This document shows, one piece after another, positions 21,728-30,078 of a stretch of DNA of 64,000 bases (position 1 is its first letter; every line of letters begins with the position of its first letter). This stretch comes from Gemmatimonadota bacterium. Its GTDB lineage: Bacteria; Gemmatimonadota; Gemmatimonadetes; Gemmatimonadales; GWC2-71-9. A program made the position numbers and the translations under genes. The stretch spans positions 671-64,670 of the forward strand of contig JBDGYA010000032.1 in assembly GCA_039584325.1 (NCBI GenBank), given 5' to 3'. The notes beneath the pieces were generated by a model that was not told the DNA's origin, made no database searches, and saw only the letters and a list, made by a program, of their open reading frames with translations.

Positions 21728-22390
21728 ATGCGTGTTGCCGTTCTCGCCTCCGGTGGCGGCACCAACCTCCAGGCCCTGCTCGATACCTGTACCGGCTCCG
21801 CACCGGCACGGGTCGCAGTCGTGATCAGCAACAACGCCGAGGCCGGCGCCCTCGAGCGGGCGCGCCGGGCGGGGGTGCCCACGGTGGTGCTCGTCGATCA
21901 CCGCAACGCGAGCGAGCTGCTGGGTGCGCTCGCCGCATACCAGGCGGAACTCGTGGTGCTGGCCGGGTACCTCAAGCTCGTGCCGCCGGAGGTGGTCGAC
22001 GCGTACCGCGATCGGATGATCAACATCCACCCGGCCCTGCTCCCGTCGTTCGGCGGCGCGGGCATGTATGGCCGCAGGGTGCACGAGGCCGTGCTGGCGT
22101 CCGGGGCGACGCTGTCCGGGCCCACGGTGCACATCGTGACCGCAGAATACGATCGGGGTCCGATCGTCGCCCAGTGGCCCATTCCGGTGCACGCGGACGA
22201 TACTCCCAAGACGCTCGCCGCGCGCGTCCTGGCCGTCGAGCACCAACTCTTGCCGGCGGTGGTTCTCGCGGCAGCGGCAGCGGGAGGGGTCGTGCGCCTG
22301 TTGGCGGACGGCGAAGGGTACCTGATGGAACGTGAACCGGCACGCATCGGCAGCGCGCTCGTGCCGGCCGGAACGACTCGGTCTGATTGA
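21728..22390 (+). CDS. purN: Phosphoribosylglycinamide formyltransferase
   Basis: VLASGGGTNLQA, LAGYL, INIHPALLP and GPTVH.V..EYD.GP motifs. Confidence 0.96.
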   Translation: MRVAVLASGGGTNLQALLDTCTGSAPARVAVVISNNAEAGALERARRAGVPTVVLVDHRNASELLGALAAYQAELVVLAGYLKLVPPEVVDAYRDRMINIHPALLPSFGGAGMYGRRVHEAVLASGATLSGPTVHIVTAEYDRGPIVAQWPIPVHADDTPKTLAARVLAVEHQLLPAVVLAAAAAGGVVRLLADGEGYLMEREPARIGSALVPAGTTRSD

Positions 22391-22400
22391 GGAGGAAGGG

Positions 22401-23930
22401 ATGCCGCGTGCGCTGATCTCGGTTTCGGACAAGCGGGGTGTCGCCCAGTTCGCCAAGGGACTTGCTGCGCTCGGATGGGAGATCGTCTCCACGGGCGGGA
22501 CCGCCCACGTCATCACCCAGGCCGGCGTGAGCGTGACCCCCGTCGACGCCGTGACCGGATTCCCGGAGATCATGGACGGGCGGGTGAAAACCCTGCATCC
22601 GGCGGTGCACGCCAGCCTCCTGGCGCGACGTGACTATCCGGAGCACATGCAGGAGCTGGAATCGCGGGGGTTCGTGCCGATCGACCTAGTGGCGGTCAAC
22701 CTCTATCCGTTCCAGGAGACCGTGGGCCGACCCAACATCAAGCTCGAAGACGCCATCGAGCAGATCGACATCGGGGGGCCGTCGATGTTGCGCTCGGCCG
22801 CCAAGAACCACAGCCACGTCCTCGTTGTCGTCGAGCCCAACGACTACGAACGCGTCCTCAGCGCGCTGTCGGAGAACGCGGTGACCGACGAGTTGCGGCT
22901 CGAGTTGGCGACGAGGGTGTTCTCGCATACGGCGTCGTATGACGCGGCGATCGCGCAATACTTCGGCAAGGGCGAGGACGCGTTCCCATCGACGGTGGGG
23001 CTCGCGCTCGAGCGGGTGCAGATCCTGCGCTATGGCGAGAATCCGTTCCAGCGGGCCGCGCTGTACACGGCGGGCGAGGGGCGCGGATTCGACGAGCTGC
23101 GTCAGCTCCACGGCAAGGAGCTCTCCTTCAACAATCTGCTGGATGTGGAGGCAGCCACCGCCGCGGTCGTGCCGTGGCCCGACCGGCCCGTATGCGCCAT
23201 CATCAAGCACACGACGCCGTGCGGCATCGCGCTCGGCACCAGCGCGGAGGAGGCCTACCAGCGCGCGCTGGCGACGGACTCGAAGTCCGCGTTCGGCTCG
23301 GTCATCGCATTCAACACCCTGGTGGACGTCCGCGTCGCGGAGGCGATGCGGGACCTGTTCGTCGAAGTCGTCGTCGCGCCAAGATTCCACGACGCCGCAA
23401 TCGAGGTCTTTCAGAAGAAGAAGAATCTCCGGGTCGTCGAGTTGCCCCTGCCCGACGGACGCCCGGCGCTCGACTTCAAGCGGGTCCGCGGCGGTTTTCT
23501 GGTGCAGGATCGGTTCGCGGTCGCCACGGACGAGTCGGAGTGGAGCGTGGTGACCTCTCGCGAGCCAACGAGCGCCGAGTGGCGCGACCTGCGGTTTAGC
23601 TGGTCGGCGGTGGCGTCGGTCAAGTCCAATGCGATCCTGCTCGCTCGTGAGGAGGCCGCGATCGGGATCGGAGCCGGACAGATGAGCCGGGTGGATGCAG
23701 CATTCCTCGCCGTGCACAAAGCCCGCGACATGGGCCACGATCCCACCGGCAGCGTCATGGCGTCCGACGCGTTCTTCCCGTTCGCCGACGGCGTCGAGCA
23801 GGCGGCCGCTGCGGGCGTCACGGCGATCATCCAGCCTGGCGGCTCGATCCGCGACGACGACGTGCGGGCCGCCGCGGATGCCCACGACATCGCGATGGTG
23901 ATGACGGGACGCCGCCAGTTCCGTCACTGA
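22401..23930 (+). CDS. purH: Bifunctional AICAR formyltransferase / IMP cyclohydrolase
   Basis: RALISVSDK, GRVKTLHP, IDIGGP, RYGENP, GAGQMSRVD, ASDAFFPF and RQFRH motifs; GGAGG RBS. Confidence 0.98.
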   Translation: MPRALISVSDKRGVAQFAKGLAALGWEIVSTGGTAHVITQAGVSVTPVDAVTGFPEIMDGRVKTLHPAVHASLLARRDYPEHMQELESRGFVPIDLVAVNLYPFQETVGRPNIKLEDAIEQIDIGGPSMLRSAAKNHSHVLVVVEPNDYERVLSALSENAVTDELRLELATRVFSHTASYDAAIAQYFGKGEDAFPSTVGLALERVQILRYGENPFQRAALYTAGEGRGFDELRQLHGKELSFNNLLDVEAATAAVVPWPDRPVCAIIKHTTPCGIALGTSAEEAYQRALATDSKSAFGSVIAFNTLVDVRVAEAMRDLFVEVVVAPRFHDAAIEVFQKKKNLRVVELPLPDGRPALDFKRVRGGFLVQDRFAVATDESEWSVVTSREPTSAEWRDLRFSWSAVASVKSNAILLAREEAAIGIGAGQMSRVDAAFLAVHKARDMGHDPTGSVMASDAFFPFADGVEQAAAAGVTAIIQPGGSIRDDDVRAAADAHDIAMVMTGRRQFRH

Positions 23931-23937
23931 GCCCTTC

Positions 23938-23987
23938 GGGTGCCGGGTACCGGGGAGCTGCATTATGGTTCCCGGTACCCGACACCC
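23938..23987. terminator. 19-bp inverted repeat after purH (terminator or RNA-stability hairpin)
   Basis: GGGTGCCGGGTACCGGGGA-N12-TTCCCGGTACCCGACACCC with one mismatch and one G-U pair; no strong U-tract. Confidence 0.5.
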
Positions 23988-24024
23988 CGGTTCCGATGCC
24001 TCACATTTGCCACCCGACACCCGG

Positions 24025-26259
24025 ATGACCCCAACCTCCTCCGACACGGCGGTCGCGCGCCGGCCCGGCGAACGCCCGCCCTACGGCCTGGCGGCCGTCG
24101 TGTTCCTCGCCGTCCTCGGTGTCTACCTCGTCACGATCGCGCCGACCACGCAGTTCTGGGACACGTCCGAGTACATCGCCGCCGCCAAGGTATTGGGCAT
24201 CCCGCATCCGCCGGGGAATCCATTGTTCGTCCTGCTCGCGCATGTCTGGGGCCTGCTCCCGATCGTCGAGCACTACGCGCTCCGCATCAACCTCTTTGCG
24301 GCGCTCACGTCGGCGCTCGCATCGGGGTTCCTCTTCCTGGTCGCCGACCGGTTCCTGCGGACCATCGTCACGGAAGTACGGTGGGCCCGCCTCGGGGCGG
24401 CCCTGGGCGGCGTGCTCGTCGGTGCCACCTCGTTCACGGTCTGGCATCAGTCAGTGGTGAACGAGAAGGTCTACACGCTGAGCCTGCTGTCGATCGCGCT
24501 CGTGCTCTGGCTCGTGGTGCACTGGGGCGACGAGCCCGCGGGGCAACGGCGGGACCACTGGCTCATCCTCATCGTCTATCTGCTGGCCCTCAGCTCGACG
24601 AACCACCTGATGGGCGTGCTCGCCGCGCCGGCGCTCGTGGTCTACGTGCTGTTCACCGAGCCGGGGGCGGTGCTGCGATGGCGGCTGTGGGTAGTTTCGC
24701 TACTGGTGGCCGCTGTCGGGCTCAGCGTGTCGCTGGTCCTCCCGATCCGGGCCGGGTTCTTCCCGCCGATCAACGAAGGCGAGCCGGTGTGCGCGTCGAT
24801 CATCGGCGTGGTGGAGAGTGTCTACACGATGGGACGCGCGGGCTGTGAGCCGCTGTCCGACGTCCTCGGCCGTGAGCAGTACCAGAAAGGCCCTCTGTTC
24901 CCCCGCCAGGCGGACATCCTGTGGCAGTACGGCACCTGGTTGCAGTATTTCACGTGGCAGTTCGCGCACGACTGGAGCCAACCGATTCGCAACGCACTGG
25001 CGTTCGTCTTCGGCCTGCTCGGGCTCGCTGGCGCGGTACGGCACTGGCAGAGGGACCGGCGGGGCGCCGTCGCGATGATGGCCCTGATGCTCACCGTGGT
25101 CGTGGCGCTCGTGTTCTACCTCGACTTCAAGTACGGCTACTCCTGGCCGTCACGGCAGGCCGCCCCCGACGTGCTGCGCGAGGTGCGCGAGCGGGACTAC
25201 TTCTTCATCGCGTCATTCCAGCTGTGGGGCATATGGGTCGCCCTCGGGTTCGGGACGGTGATGCACGCAATTGCGAGCGCACTGCGCGACCGCATGCCGA
25301 CCGACCGACGGTGGGCGGTAGCGGCCCTCATCCTGGTGCTGGCGCTCGTCCCGCTCGTGGGCAACCGGCTCACGGCGTCGCGCTCCGGGGAAACCCTCGC
25401 GCGCGAATCGGCGCGGGACCTCCTGCAGTCGGTACCGCCCTATAGCATCCTCATCACCGCCGGGGACAACGACACGTTCCCCCTGTGGTACATGCAGGAA
25501 GTCGAGAATGTGCGGCGTGACGTGCTGCTGGCCAACATCTCCCTGATGAACACCGAGTGGCACATCAAGCAGCTCAAGCGGCGTGGGATCATTCCGTTTG
25601 ACACGGCACGTGCGGATCCGATTTACCGTGACACGACGTGGACGCCGCCGACCAACGAAGCCATCGCGCTCAGTTACGATGCCATCGAAGCGCTGCCGCC
25701 GTTCCAGCAGCTGGACGAACGGATGGTGTTCCGCGCGCAGGATCTGCGGGTGGTGCTCCCGCCGCGCGTGCTCGGTCGAGCGGACATCGTCGGACTGCAC
25801 CTGATCCAGCAGAATCTCGGTAAGCGGCCGGTCTATTTCTCGCGGACCACCGGCTCCTACGCCGACCAGTTTGGACTCACACCCTATCTGCTCGGTGAGG
25901 GACTCGTGCGCCGGGTGATGCCAGATTCCATCGTCGCGGACAGCACCACGATGCGCATGGGCGCGCTCGGCTGGGTCGACCTCACTCGGACCGACACACT
26001 CCTCTTCGAGGTGTACAATCCCGAGTCCGCTGCGCGCGCCCGACCGCGCGGGTGGATCGATCCGCCGTCAGAGGGGATTCTGTGGCTCTACGCCCTGGTG
26101 TACGCCAATCACGCCCAGTACCTCGCGTCGCTCGCCGCGGACTCGGCGGCGGCCGCAGCGGATCCCACCCTGCTGACGCGGCTCGAGCTGGCGGCGGACC
26201 TCGCCGAACGCGCCTTCGCTCAGACCCAGCAGTACCGGACCGGCGTCTTCGGCTTCTAG
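24025..26259 (+). CDS. DUF2723 membrane protein (TMEM260-like GT-C fold; putative protein O-mannosyl/glycosyltransferase)
   Basis: FWDTSEYI...HPPGNP, EKVYTL, REVRERDYFF and GDNDTFPLWY motifs; about 10 TM helices. Confidence 0.85.
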   Translation: MTPTSSDTAVARRPGERPPYGLAAVVFLAVLGVYLVTIAPTTQFWDTSEYIAAAKVLGIPHPPGNPLFVLLAHVWGLLPIVEHYALRINLFAALTSALASGFLFLVADRFLRTIVTEVRWARLGAALGGVLVGATSFTVWHQSVVNEKVYTLSLLSIALVLWLVVHWGDEPAGQRRDHWLILIVYLLALSSTNHLMGVLAAPALVVYVLFTEPGAVLRWRLWVVSLLVAAVGLSVSLVLPIRAGFFPPINEGEPVCASIIGVVESVYTMGRAGCEPLSDVLGREQYQKGPLFPRQADILWQYGTWLQYFTWQFAHDWSQPIRNALAFVFGLLGLAGAVRHWQRDRRGAVAMMALMLTVVVALVFYLDFKYGYSWPSRQAAPDVLREVRERDYFFIASFQLWGIWVALGFGTVMHAIASALRDRMPTDRRWAVAALILVLALVPLVGNRLTASRSGETLARESARDLLQSVPPYSILITAGDNDTFPLWYMQEVENVRRDVLLANISLMNTEWHIKQLKRRGIIPFDTARADPIYRDTTWTPPTNEAIALSYDAIEALPPFQQLDERMVFRAQDLRVVLPPRVLGRADIVGLHLIQQNLGKRPVYFSRTTGSYADQFGLTPYLLGEGLVRRVMPDSIVADSTTMRMGALGWVDLTRTDTLLFEVYNPESAARARPRGWIDPPSEGILWLYALVYANHAQYLASLAADSAAAAADPTLLTRLELAADLAERAFAQTQQYRTGVFGF

Positions 26260-28307
26260 AAGCCGACGGTCAGGCCCGCCAGGAGTTGGCGGCCCGGTGC
26301 GGGCTCGAAGTAGCGCCCTCCCCGCGCGTTGACGACCACGGACGAGACGTATCGCTCGTCGAGTCCGTTCAATAGGGCGATGAACGGTGACAGGGACACG
26401 CGTCCCGTGCCACCTTCCCAGCCTGCCCGGACGTTCCCGATCGCATACGAGGGCGCATACGCGGTGTTGGCATCGTCCACAGGCACCGCGGACACCACCT
26501 CACCCTCGATGGTGAGCCACACAGCCCGCCCGGGCCACAGCGTCATCGTACCGAAGACCTGGTGGCGCGGCGCCCCCGGCACGCGGTTGCCACTCACGTC
26601 ACCCTCAGGCTTCACGAACTCCCGATACGTGAAGTCGCCGAACGTGTAGGCGGCCTGGACCGATGCCCACGCCGCGAGCGCGAGGCTCCCGGCGACCTCC
26701 ACCCCGCGGTGCCTGATGCGACCGGCATTACGGAAGAATCTCCGGCCGGCCTCGGCGGGGTCCTCGAACGGGACCAGCGCATCGCGCACGTCCGCATGAA
26801 ATCCCACCACCTCGTATTCCACCGGTCCCACACGCCCTCGAACACCCACCTCGAGTTGCAGCATACGTTGCGGCTCGAGCTCGGGGTTCAGGCCCCCACT
26901 TCCATCCGGGCGGTTGACCAGCTCCGTCGTGGTCGGCGTCTCGAAGCCCGTTCCGGCGTTGGCGAACGGCGCGAGCCACGGCGCGACGTGCGCCAATGCG
27001 CCCACCGACCACGTGATCGCGTCCATCACCCGCGAGCCCGTATCGTCGCCGTCTGTCGTGAGGCGATCGTCAACCGCGAAGGAGGAGCGGTCGTAGCGCG
27101 CCCCCGCCCGCAGCGCGAGTCCCGATCCCGGTTCCGCAATGACCTGCAGGAACGGACCGACGCCGGACACCCGCTCGCTCTGGTCGCGGGTGATGGTGGT
27201 GCCGTCGAGCGTGCGGTTCTCGCGATCGTCCCGCTGCCACTCGGCATCGAGGCCGGCCGTCACGCGCGCGACGTGAGCGAGGCCCGGGAGCGGCACCGCC
27301 ACCGTGCCGCGCAGACCGTAGGCCCAGCGCTCGAGCCCGATGGTGCCGAACGTGAGGGTGTTGTCCAGACTGCGTCGTATTCCGAATACCGCGAGGTCAG
27401 CGAGACCTCCGGCTCCGAAACCGTGCCGCAGGGCCAGTCCACCTTGCGCCTGCCATACCGCCTTGTCCGCGCCCGCCGCGACGTTGGCAGGGGCGGCCAA
27501 GGTCGGATCACGCCGCCACTCCTCGTCGGTGAGCGCACCCGGGTTGAGCGCCTCGGGCATGGTGGCGTACCAGCCGACGGCCGTCAGATCCGTGCGGGCA
27601 CCGAGGGGCGTGCGCAGGCGCGCTCGTGCGCGGCCGATGCGGGCCGCGCTGTGCTCGCGAAAGCCCGACACGTCGGTCCACGACCCGGACAGGTCGGCCC
27701 CACCACTGCCCACCGGGATCCCAGCCTCCACCGCGCCCTTCCAGAAACCATCCCCCAAGCCGGTGGCGCGCACCGCGGCGCCGGGAGCATCGACGACGGG
27801 TGGCCCGGACACGAGGTTGATGACTCCGCCGGAGGCGTTGCCATAGAGGCTCGAGCCGATACCGCGCCACACCTCGACGCGGGAGAGATCGCCGGGCTCC
27901 AGATTGGTCAGTTGGGTCTGCCCGTCCGCCGTGCTCAGCGGGATGCCGTCGAGCAGCACCTTGATACCCCGCACACCGAATGCCGAGCGCGCGCCGAAGC
28001 CCCGAATGGCAATGCGCTGATCGAGGGAGTAGTTGTACCGGTTGGAGACACGGACGCCGGGAGCGGACCGCAGCACGTCATCGAGACCGTCCGTCGTGCG
28101 ACCGCGAACGAGCGCGGCGGCTCCTTGAACGACGACGTGCGCATGCGGCAGGCGCGCGGAGGCCGTCCCTCCTCGGTCCACCGACACGATGAGGGTGTCG
28201 AGCACGGGCGGTCGTAGCGTGTCCTGCGCCAGGGGCACCGCGAGCACCGGCCGCGCCACGGCGAGGCAGGCCACGAGACCGACACCGCAGCCGACCGTCC
28301 GGATCAT
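26256..28307 (-). CDS. TonB-dependent receptor, YncD/PqqU-like
   Basis: Plug RYNYSLDQRIAIRGFGARSAFGVRGIKVLLDGIP..ADGQ and SLYGNASGGVI; FETPT; C-terminal YFEPAPGR...GF. Confidence 0.85.
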   Translation of the reverse strand: MIRTVGCGVGLVACLAVARPVLAVPLAQDTLRPPVLDTLIVSVDRGGTASARLPHAHVVVQGAAALVRGRTTDGLDDVLRSAPGVRVSNRYNYSLDQRIAIRGFGARSAFGVRGIKVLLDGIPLSTADGQTQLTNLEPGDLSRVEVWRGIGSSLYGNASGGVINLVSGPPVVDAPGAAVRATGLGDGFWKGAVEAGIPVGSGGADLSGSWTDVSGFREHSAARIGRARARLRTPLGARTDLTAVGWYATMPEALNPGALTDEEWRRDPTLAAPANVAAGADKAVWQAQGGLALRHGFGAGGLADLAVFGIRRSLDNTLTFGTIGLERWAYGLRGTVAVPLPGLAHVARVTAGLDAEWQRDDRENRTLDGTTITRDQSERVSGVGPFLQVIAEPGSGLALRAGARYDRSSFAVDDRLTTDGDDTGSRVMDAITWSVGALAHVAPWLAPFANAGTGFETPTTTELVNRPDGSGGLNPELEPQRMLQLEVGVRGRVGPVEYEVVGFHADVRDALVPFEDPAEAGRRFFRNAGRIRHRGVEVAGSLALAAWASVQAAYTFGDFTYREFVKPEGDVSGNRVPGAPRHQVFGTMTLWPGRAVWLTIEGEVVSAVPVDDANTAYAPSYAIGNVRAGWEGGTGRVSLSPFIALLNGLDERYVSSVVVNARGGRYFEPAPGRQLLAGLTVGF

Positions 28308-28338
28308 CCTCTCCCCCGTCGATGCCCGCGAATCCGCG

Positions 28339-29280
28339 TCAGCCTCGATCCGGAAGCGCCCCGCCGGCCGCAAGGTACGCGCGGAGCGCGGCAAGGTTGT
28401 CGAGGTGCACGGCTCCCTCCTGCTCCAGTGCCTTCGCTAGCCGTCCGACGCCGCGCCCACCCACGAGGAGCGTGGTGTCAGGCGGGAGCGCGCCGCGCAG
28501 CCGTCGGAGCTCCCCGCCAAGCTGCGCGGCCGCGTCAGGTGATACAACCGAGAGAGCAACCAGCCGCGGCCGGTGGCTGCTCGCCGCTCGGGCGAGGTCC
28601 TCGGCGGGGAGGTCGGCTCCGACGTAGAGCACGCGCCACCCCATCGTGGCCGCGATCACCGCCGCCATGAGCGCGCCGAATTCGTGCCGCTCCCCCGCCG
28701 GAGTGGCGCACAGGATTAGCGGACGGTCGGGATCGGAGCTCGAGGTACGCAGCAGGTCCCCCACAACCTGCCGGATCACCCCTGACACCAGATGCTCGTG
28801 CGCAATCGATAGCTCACCTGCCGCCCAGCGCTCGCCGATCTCGGTGAGGACAGGAGCCGCCACCGCCTCCAGCATGCGCTCGGCACCGAGCAGACCCACG
28901 GCCCGAGCGAGCAGGTGCTCCAGCCGGGACGCATCCATGTCCTCGGCCGCGTCCAGCGCTTCGTCGATCAGATCCGCAGCGCCGTCCGTCGATCGAGGCT
29001 CGGCTTCGGGGACCCGCGCTTCCTCCGCCTCATCGTCCCGGATGAGCCGCGTCAACTCATCGGTCGAGTGACCACTGATCTGACCAATACTACGCCCCGA
29101 GCTGGTTGCCCGCCGGAGCAGCCGCAGTCGCTCGATGTCCTCGTCCGAGTAGAGCCGGCGTCCCGTCGGGGACCGCGCCGGCTCGACGACTCCGTATCGC
29201 CGCTCCCACGCCCTGAGCACATCGGCCGACAGGCCGGTGCGTCGAACGACGACCTGAATTGGATGCTGTTTCTGCACCAC
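28339..29280 (-). CDS. carH: MerR-family B12-binding light-responsive repressor (CarH/LitR)
   Basis: MerR HTH (LRAWERRYG..P.R..GRRLYS), W-x9-EH (WAAGELSIAHEH) and cobalamin-binding ExHxxG (ERHEFG). Confidence 0.88.
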   Translation of the reverse strand: MVQKQHPIQVVVRRTGLSADVLRAWERRYGVVEPARSPTGRRLYSDEDIERLRLLRRATSSGRSIGQISGHSTDELTRLIRDDEAEEARVPEAEPRSTDGAADLIDEALDAAEDMDASRLEHLLARAVGLLGAERMLEAVAAPVLTEIGERWAAGELSIAHEHLVSGVIRQVVGDLLRTSSSDPDRPLILCATPAGERHEFGALMAAVIAATMGWRVLYVGADLPAEDLARAASSHRPRLVALSVVSPDAAAQLGGELRRLRGALPPDTTLLVGGRGVGRLAKALEQEGAVHLDNLAALRAYLAAGGALPDRG

Positions 29281-29381
29281 TCCGAGTCTCCTCTCCTGCT
29301 AGAGCCACTTCGATGCAACCGGACTGTCGACAACTTGTCGTGGCGCTGCTCCTCAGTCAAGCACTTATCTAGCAATGATTT

Positions 29382-29451
29382 GAGACGATATATGGACATA
29401 CACTTGACAAGGCGGAGATTCTCGTTTAGCTTCTTGGACACGAATTGGACA
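29382..29451 (+). promoter_or_regulatory. Sigma70 promoter overlapped by a CarH-type operator (11-bp-spaced TnnACA direct repeats)
   Basis: TTGACA (29404) - N17 - TAGCTT (29427). TGGACA 29393 / TTGACA 29404 and TGGACA 29435 / TGGACA 29446 are each spaced 11 bp apart. Confidence 0.75.
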
Positions 29452-29510
29452 GCGGGCTGGCCGCTGAGAACGCAATAGATACATTTTCCCTTCTTGAGGA
29501 GTTGAATTCG

Positions 29511-29893
29511 ATGAAAGTCATTCCCACCCTTTCGCTCGCGGCAATCGCACTTTCGTTTGCCGTCCCGGCGTCCGCGCAGTATGCGGCGAAGGACGGCAGT
29601 CCGAAGGCCGACAAGACCATCGTCGAGACCGCGATCGCGGCTGGATCCTTTAAGACTCTGGTCACCGCCGTTAAGGCAGCCGGTTTGGTTGAAACGCTGT
29701 CCGGCGACGGTCCGTTCACGGTTTTCGCCCCGACCGACGAGGCATTCGCGAAGCTTCCCGCGGGCACGCTCGAGTCCCTGCTGGCTGATAAGGACAAGCT
29801 CACCGCCGTGTCGACGATGCGAAGGTGATCAAGGCTGACGTCATGGCGTCCAACGGTGTGATCCACGTGATCGACACCGTGCTGATTCCCTAA
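29511..29893 (+). pseudogene. Fasciclin (FAS1) domain protein with an internal deletion and frameshift
   Basis: Signal peptide plus [10 protein letters not shown] (H1) in one frame. [27 protein letters not shown] (H2) is in another frame from about 29810. The central YH segment is absent. Confidence 0.85.
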
Positions 29894-29912
29894 GCTTCCT
29901 GCTACCCTCCCC

Positions 29913-29949
29913 CGCGGGCTGTGGGGCTTCGGCCCCCGGCCCGCGTTTT
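29913..29949 (+). terminator. Rho-independent terminator
   Basis: CGCGGGCTGTGGGGC-TTCG-GCCCCCGGCCCGCG followed by TTTT. Confidence 0.85.
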
Positions 29950-30078
29950 CTATGTGGGATACTCCCCTTTCCATGCGTTCGGCTGCCCGTCAAGCCGTTG
30001 CCTCTTGACGACTTCCCACGTCGGACCGCAATGTGGATAGCACTGCCCGGTGTCCGGGCAGCACCGGGCCGACAGCCG

